In this document: in pieces, positions 61,023 through 64,000 of the stretch
Position numbering within the stretch: position 1 is the stretch's first letter
Layout of the letters: every line of letters starts with the position of its first letter
Assembly (NCBI GenBank): GCA_037447605.1
Contig: CM074819.1
Coordinates: 62,001 to 126,000, forward strand
Direction of reading: 5' to 3'
From: Zygnema circumcarinatum SAG 698-1b
Lineage: Eukaryota; Plantae; Zygnematophyceae
DNA: 64,000 bases
Notes under the pieces: model-generated
Databases searched by the model: none
Told to the model about the DNA's origin: nothing
Seen by the model: only the letters and a program-made list of their open reading frames with translations
Program-made: the position numbers and the translations under genes

Positions 61023-61774
61023 GCCACTGATTATCGCGACGCCAGCGCCAAACGCGGAGCCGCCAGTTGCGGCACGAAAAACGCATATGGAAGATATTTG
61101 GCGCGAACCGAATGCGCCACGCGGGACCACTCGCGACGCTGGGTCCGGCGAAGTTCGAAAGTGTACCGGTGATGTCTGGGCTGGCTAAGACTGGCTGAGC
61201 CGGGCGAACGGCAACAAGATTTCCGACGGATGTAACATCCGGACAAGAACTAGGTCGGCTACCGTGAGGCTTCATTTGGCAGCTAGCTAGTCGCTACTGA
61301 AAGCGCGCCCACCGCACTCGTGCATCGGGTTTGCGCGTGACGGACGCGTGACATGTGTGTCACGCCACGACGCCATATTATATAGTGCGAAGTTTTATTA
61401 TGCGGAAAAACCCCACCTTACACTACCTGCCATTATACCTTCGGGTCTTACCGTAACCCCGCTTCGCCGCTAGGCTGCCTACATTGTGTCGCGTGGAGGT
61501 AGTGAGTAAGAGGGACCTTTGAAGTGGTGGGAGAACTTCACAGGGAAGACAGCTTTATTATAAGGAGTTTTAGAGCCGCGGAGCTTTCTCCTAACACTCT
61601 CTCATTGTGATTTCCGTAGTTTGTCTTTAGCTTCATTCTCACAGCTATGGGCTTTTATGAGTGAAGTAAGATGTAGCTTTGGAGTGTTTGAATGTCTTCA
61701 TCCTGCGGGGAACTCAAGTTCCCACGGGAAGTATGACACCCGAGGTGGCTTAAGTGTGAGCACCCGCTTCAACA
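61023..61774 (+). mobile_element. Copia LTR (left end in gap), related to the LTR at 32095-33091
   Basis: Shares GTGACATGTGTGTCACG, GTGGAGGTA...GTAAGAGGGAC and TATAAGGAGTTTTAGAGCCG; ends TTCAACA. Confidence 0.8.
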
Positions 61775-62054
61775 TTTACCGCCTTGACCAAGGATATGTA
61801 AAGCAGTTTGTCTTCGGGCCAAGCGAAGGCCCGCTAAGGCCAACCAGATCTATAGTTTTCTCAAACAGTCTCACTTTGGAGTTCAACTCAAGAAATGGAT
61901 GAAATTGGCAAACATCAAGAGGTGGCTTTCAACCTTTTGTGAGACATGTTGGTATTCTATGGTACTCGTATGTGAGAGTATCCAAGAGTTCTAGGAAGGA
62001 TTCAAATATTGCTTGGAGGTGGCAGGCAAAGACAACAATCCTAGTGTGGATATG
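61775..62054 (+). mobile_element. hAT-type transposase remnant
   Basis: Reads KANQIYSFLKQSH...KRWLSTFCETCWYSMVLVCESIQEF*EGFKYCLE, resembling the hAT L.....TRWYS motif. It is interrupted by LTRs on both sides. Confidence 0.55.
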
Positions 62055-63477
62055 TGTAGCAAAACGCTACAGCCACCGGGGGGCGCTACGCGCACCACGG
62101 AGATCTCCGTACGGTTCACCCGTACCGATTGTCAGTTCCGGTCGGAGTTCGGACTGTCGGAGGACCGACATACTAAGACCACAGATGACGCCAAGGCCAC
62201 GCTGAGGGCGCCGCTGCTAGAGCAGTCGGTCGTGGTGTCGCGATAAGCGCTGTTGGGTATGCGCTGCTGCCAGAGGCGCGCATTTACGTTATCCTCGCAC
62301 GCTTCCGCCTCGAAGGCCGACATGTACTCCATCGCATGCAATCGCCACGCTACTCCAGCCACGCGGCGTCTCGCCAGTGGTGGGCCCTGCTTCCGGTCCC
62401 TCACGCTGGTAGAGGGTTTGACGGGGGAAGCGTATAGGGGCGGGGGGGCGAATGCAACGGCATTCAACCCGGAAACCAGCATTCTCTCTCTCTCTCCTTC
62501 CCTCTCTCTCGTAGCCGTCAACCGGCTTCCGGGGCCCTCACTACATTGGTATCAGAACCACTTTTCGGTCTTGGGGGATTGCTTCATCGGGTTTACCATG
62601 GTTACCACGCTGCATGCGAATCGGGAGCTCTACATCTTCCACGCCGCTACCCTCGGCATATCTCCTCCACCACTACCGGCCTAAGCATCTTCGGCCACTC
62701 CCCATGGGCGGTGCTTCGGGGACTGTTCCCACCAACCGCGGTGGCACTATCAAGCCGCGCCCCGCGTTCGCCACTCCCCTCGGCCGGGTGACGTATTCCC
62801 CTCGCCGGGCGTGGGCCCAACCCTTGGGAAGACAACACAGGGGACCCTCCCCAACACGCGGGACTCTGCGCTGACGCCCAGCGATCATGGACTCGCCCCC
62901 ATCGCTGGGGAGCGGAACTATTCTCCTCAAGGCCACCGCTAGACGAAGTGGGGCCTGAGCAGCCGAGCGCTTATTGAGATCTCCTCGCTGAGCTCCTCAT
63001 CCCATCCAAACGCATTTATAACCGACGCCGCAGAGGAATACCCTGTGGACGACTATCGCTCGTGACCTTGCGAGTCCCAGCGGTACCCAGAGTACCTGGT
63101 GAGGTGAGCCCCACCCACCTCGTGAGTGAGCCCCGGGCCCTCCGGGGTGCCGCCGGGCCGCCGCTCGCCAACCGCTGCCAACGTCCTGCCTTCCTCCCTC
63201 CCCGCCGCATCGGGATCAGCCCTCCGGTGTCCCCGACGTGACCCGCTCATGCCACTCTGGACTCCTCGCTGACCTCCGGTGTGGGGTGGTTGGTGCGCCC
63301 CCACTGGCCGCTGGGGACACCCCACCCGCACACCCCTGCCGGGCGACCAGCGCGGCTCTTTGGCGCCGCAACTGCACCTCCCCCGACTGGCCGCAAGAAT
63401 CACGCCGCCAAGGTCCCCCCCATCTCCTTGCCTCGCCAACACCGCCCCTTCGAGCAGCGGTGCAAAGAAACCGAAAG
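62055..63477 (+). mobile_element. Gypsy 5' LTR (62055-62545), PBS (62547-62558) and degenerate gag of the same family as 11711-13920
   Basis: Starts TGTAGCAAAACGCTACA and ends ACTACA-T-TGGTATCAGAAC. AKVPPISL is shared with the gag at 12.3 kb. Confidence 0.8.
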
Positions 63478-64000
63478 TGTAACGAAAACTCGCCTCTTCA
63501 AATCGCTACGAATAACAACACACCCCGCCAAGACTGGAGTTTTCGCCAAGAGGGCGAAAGCGAGAGTTTCGCAGTGGCGGCGCAGCTCTCGTCGTAAAAC
63601 CGTGTATACCGGTATCGCTGGTTGGATGACGACAGCCACCCACTTTACGCTTCCCCCGCTGGAACCCTCCTACCAGCATTGGTGATCGGAAGCTGTGGCC
63701 GCCCAATGGCGCACTGCCACGCATCCTTCACTCGAACGGGTCGAGGTGTACAACGCATTTAACGCCACCGCGATTCTGCCGCCAGCGACGCCGCGCGCCA
63801 GACGTTGCTGCACCCGCTGATCCTACGCTACGGCCAGCGGGTCCGACGACAAATCAGTCCGCATCAACGCAACCTCGTAGTGTACCTGGACGACTACATG
63901 CCCAAAACGTAAGGCGCGAAGATGTGGTCGAGATTCCGATCCTCTCACACGGCCACGATACATATATGTCTCAAGATATCAGCGCCGCACGTAACCCTGC
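63478..64000 (-). mobile_element. Gypsy-family LTR inserted in reverse
   Basis: Ends ...CGTTACA on the minus strand; 63600-63710 is a reverse-complement match to 465-575. Confidence 0.65.

Overview
Eukaryotic green-plant genomic DNA, most likely a streptophyte alga or early-diverging plant (inferred from the gene content and intron style). It comes from a gappy scaffold with many 10-N and 100-N gaps. 1-16.8 kb is a nest of LTR retrotransposons: Copia elements inserted into a Gypsy element, which is itself inserted into another Copia. 17-30 kb holds a small two-TM ORF, a Ku70 3'-end pseudogene missed by the ORF track, and a 5-exon UCP012943-like gene with an inverted duplicate and MITEs. 30-39 kb holds more Copia elements, a CRE-like non-LTR RT and a foldback element. 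39.5-44.6 kb is an intact 19-exon LRR receptor-like kinase with a SERK-like RD kinase domain and a U12-type AT-AC intron. 52.5-60.3 kb is a tandem array of 3-exon genes for a secreted, RKLL-processed, six-Cys protein whose motif order resembles TAPETUM DETERMINANT 1 (TPD1); it includes a divergent paralog and a chimeric pseudogene. The best candidate for a new system is this LRR-RLK plus TPD1-like array as a possible linked receptor-ligand locus. Other notable items are tRNA-like modules inside Gypsy LTRs and a degenerate methyltransferase-like insert in Gypsy Pol. Several exact duplications flank gaps and are probably assembly artefacts. All family assignments are by eye from remembered motifs; no database search was run.
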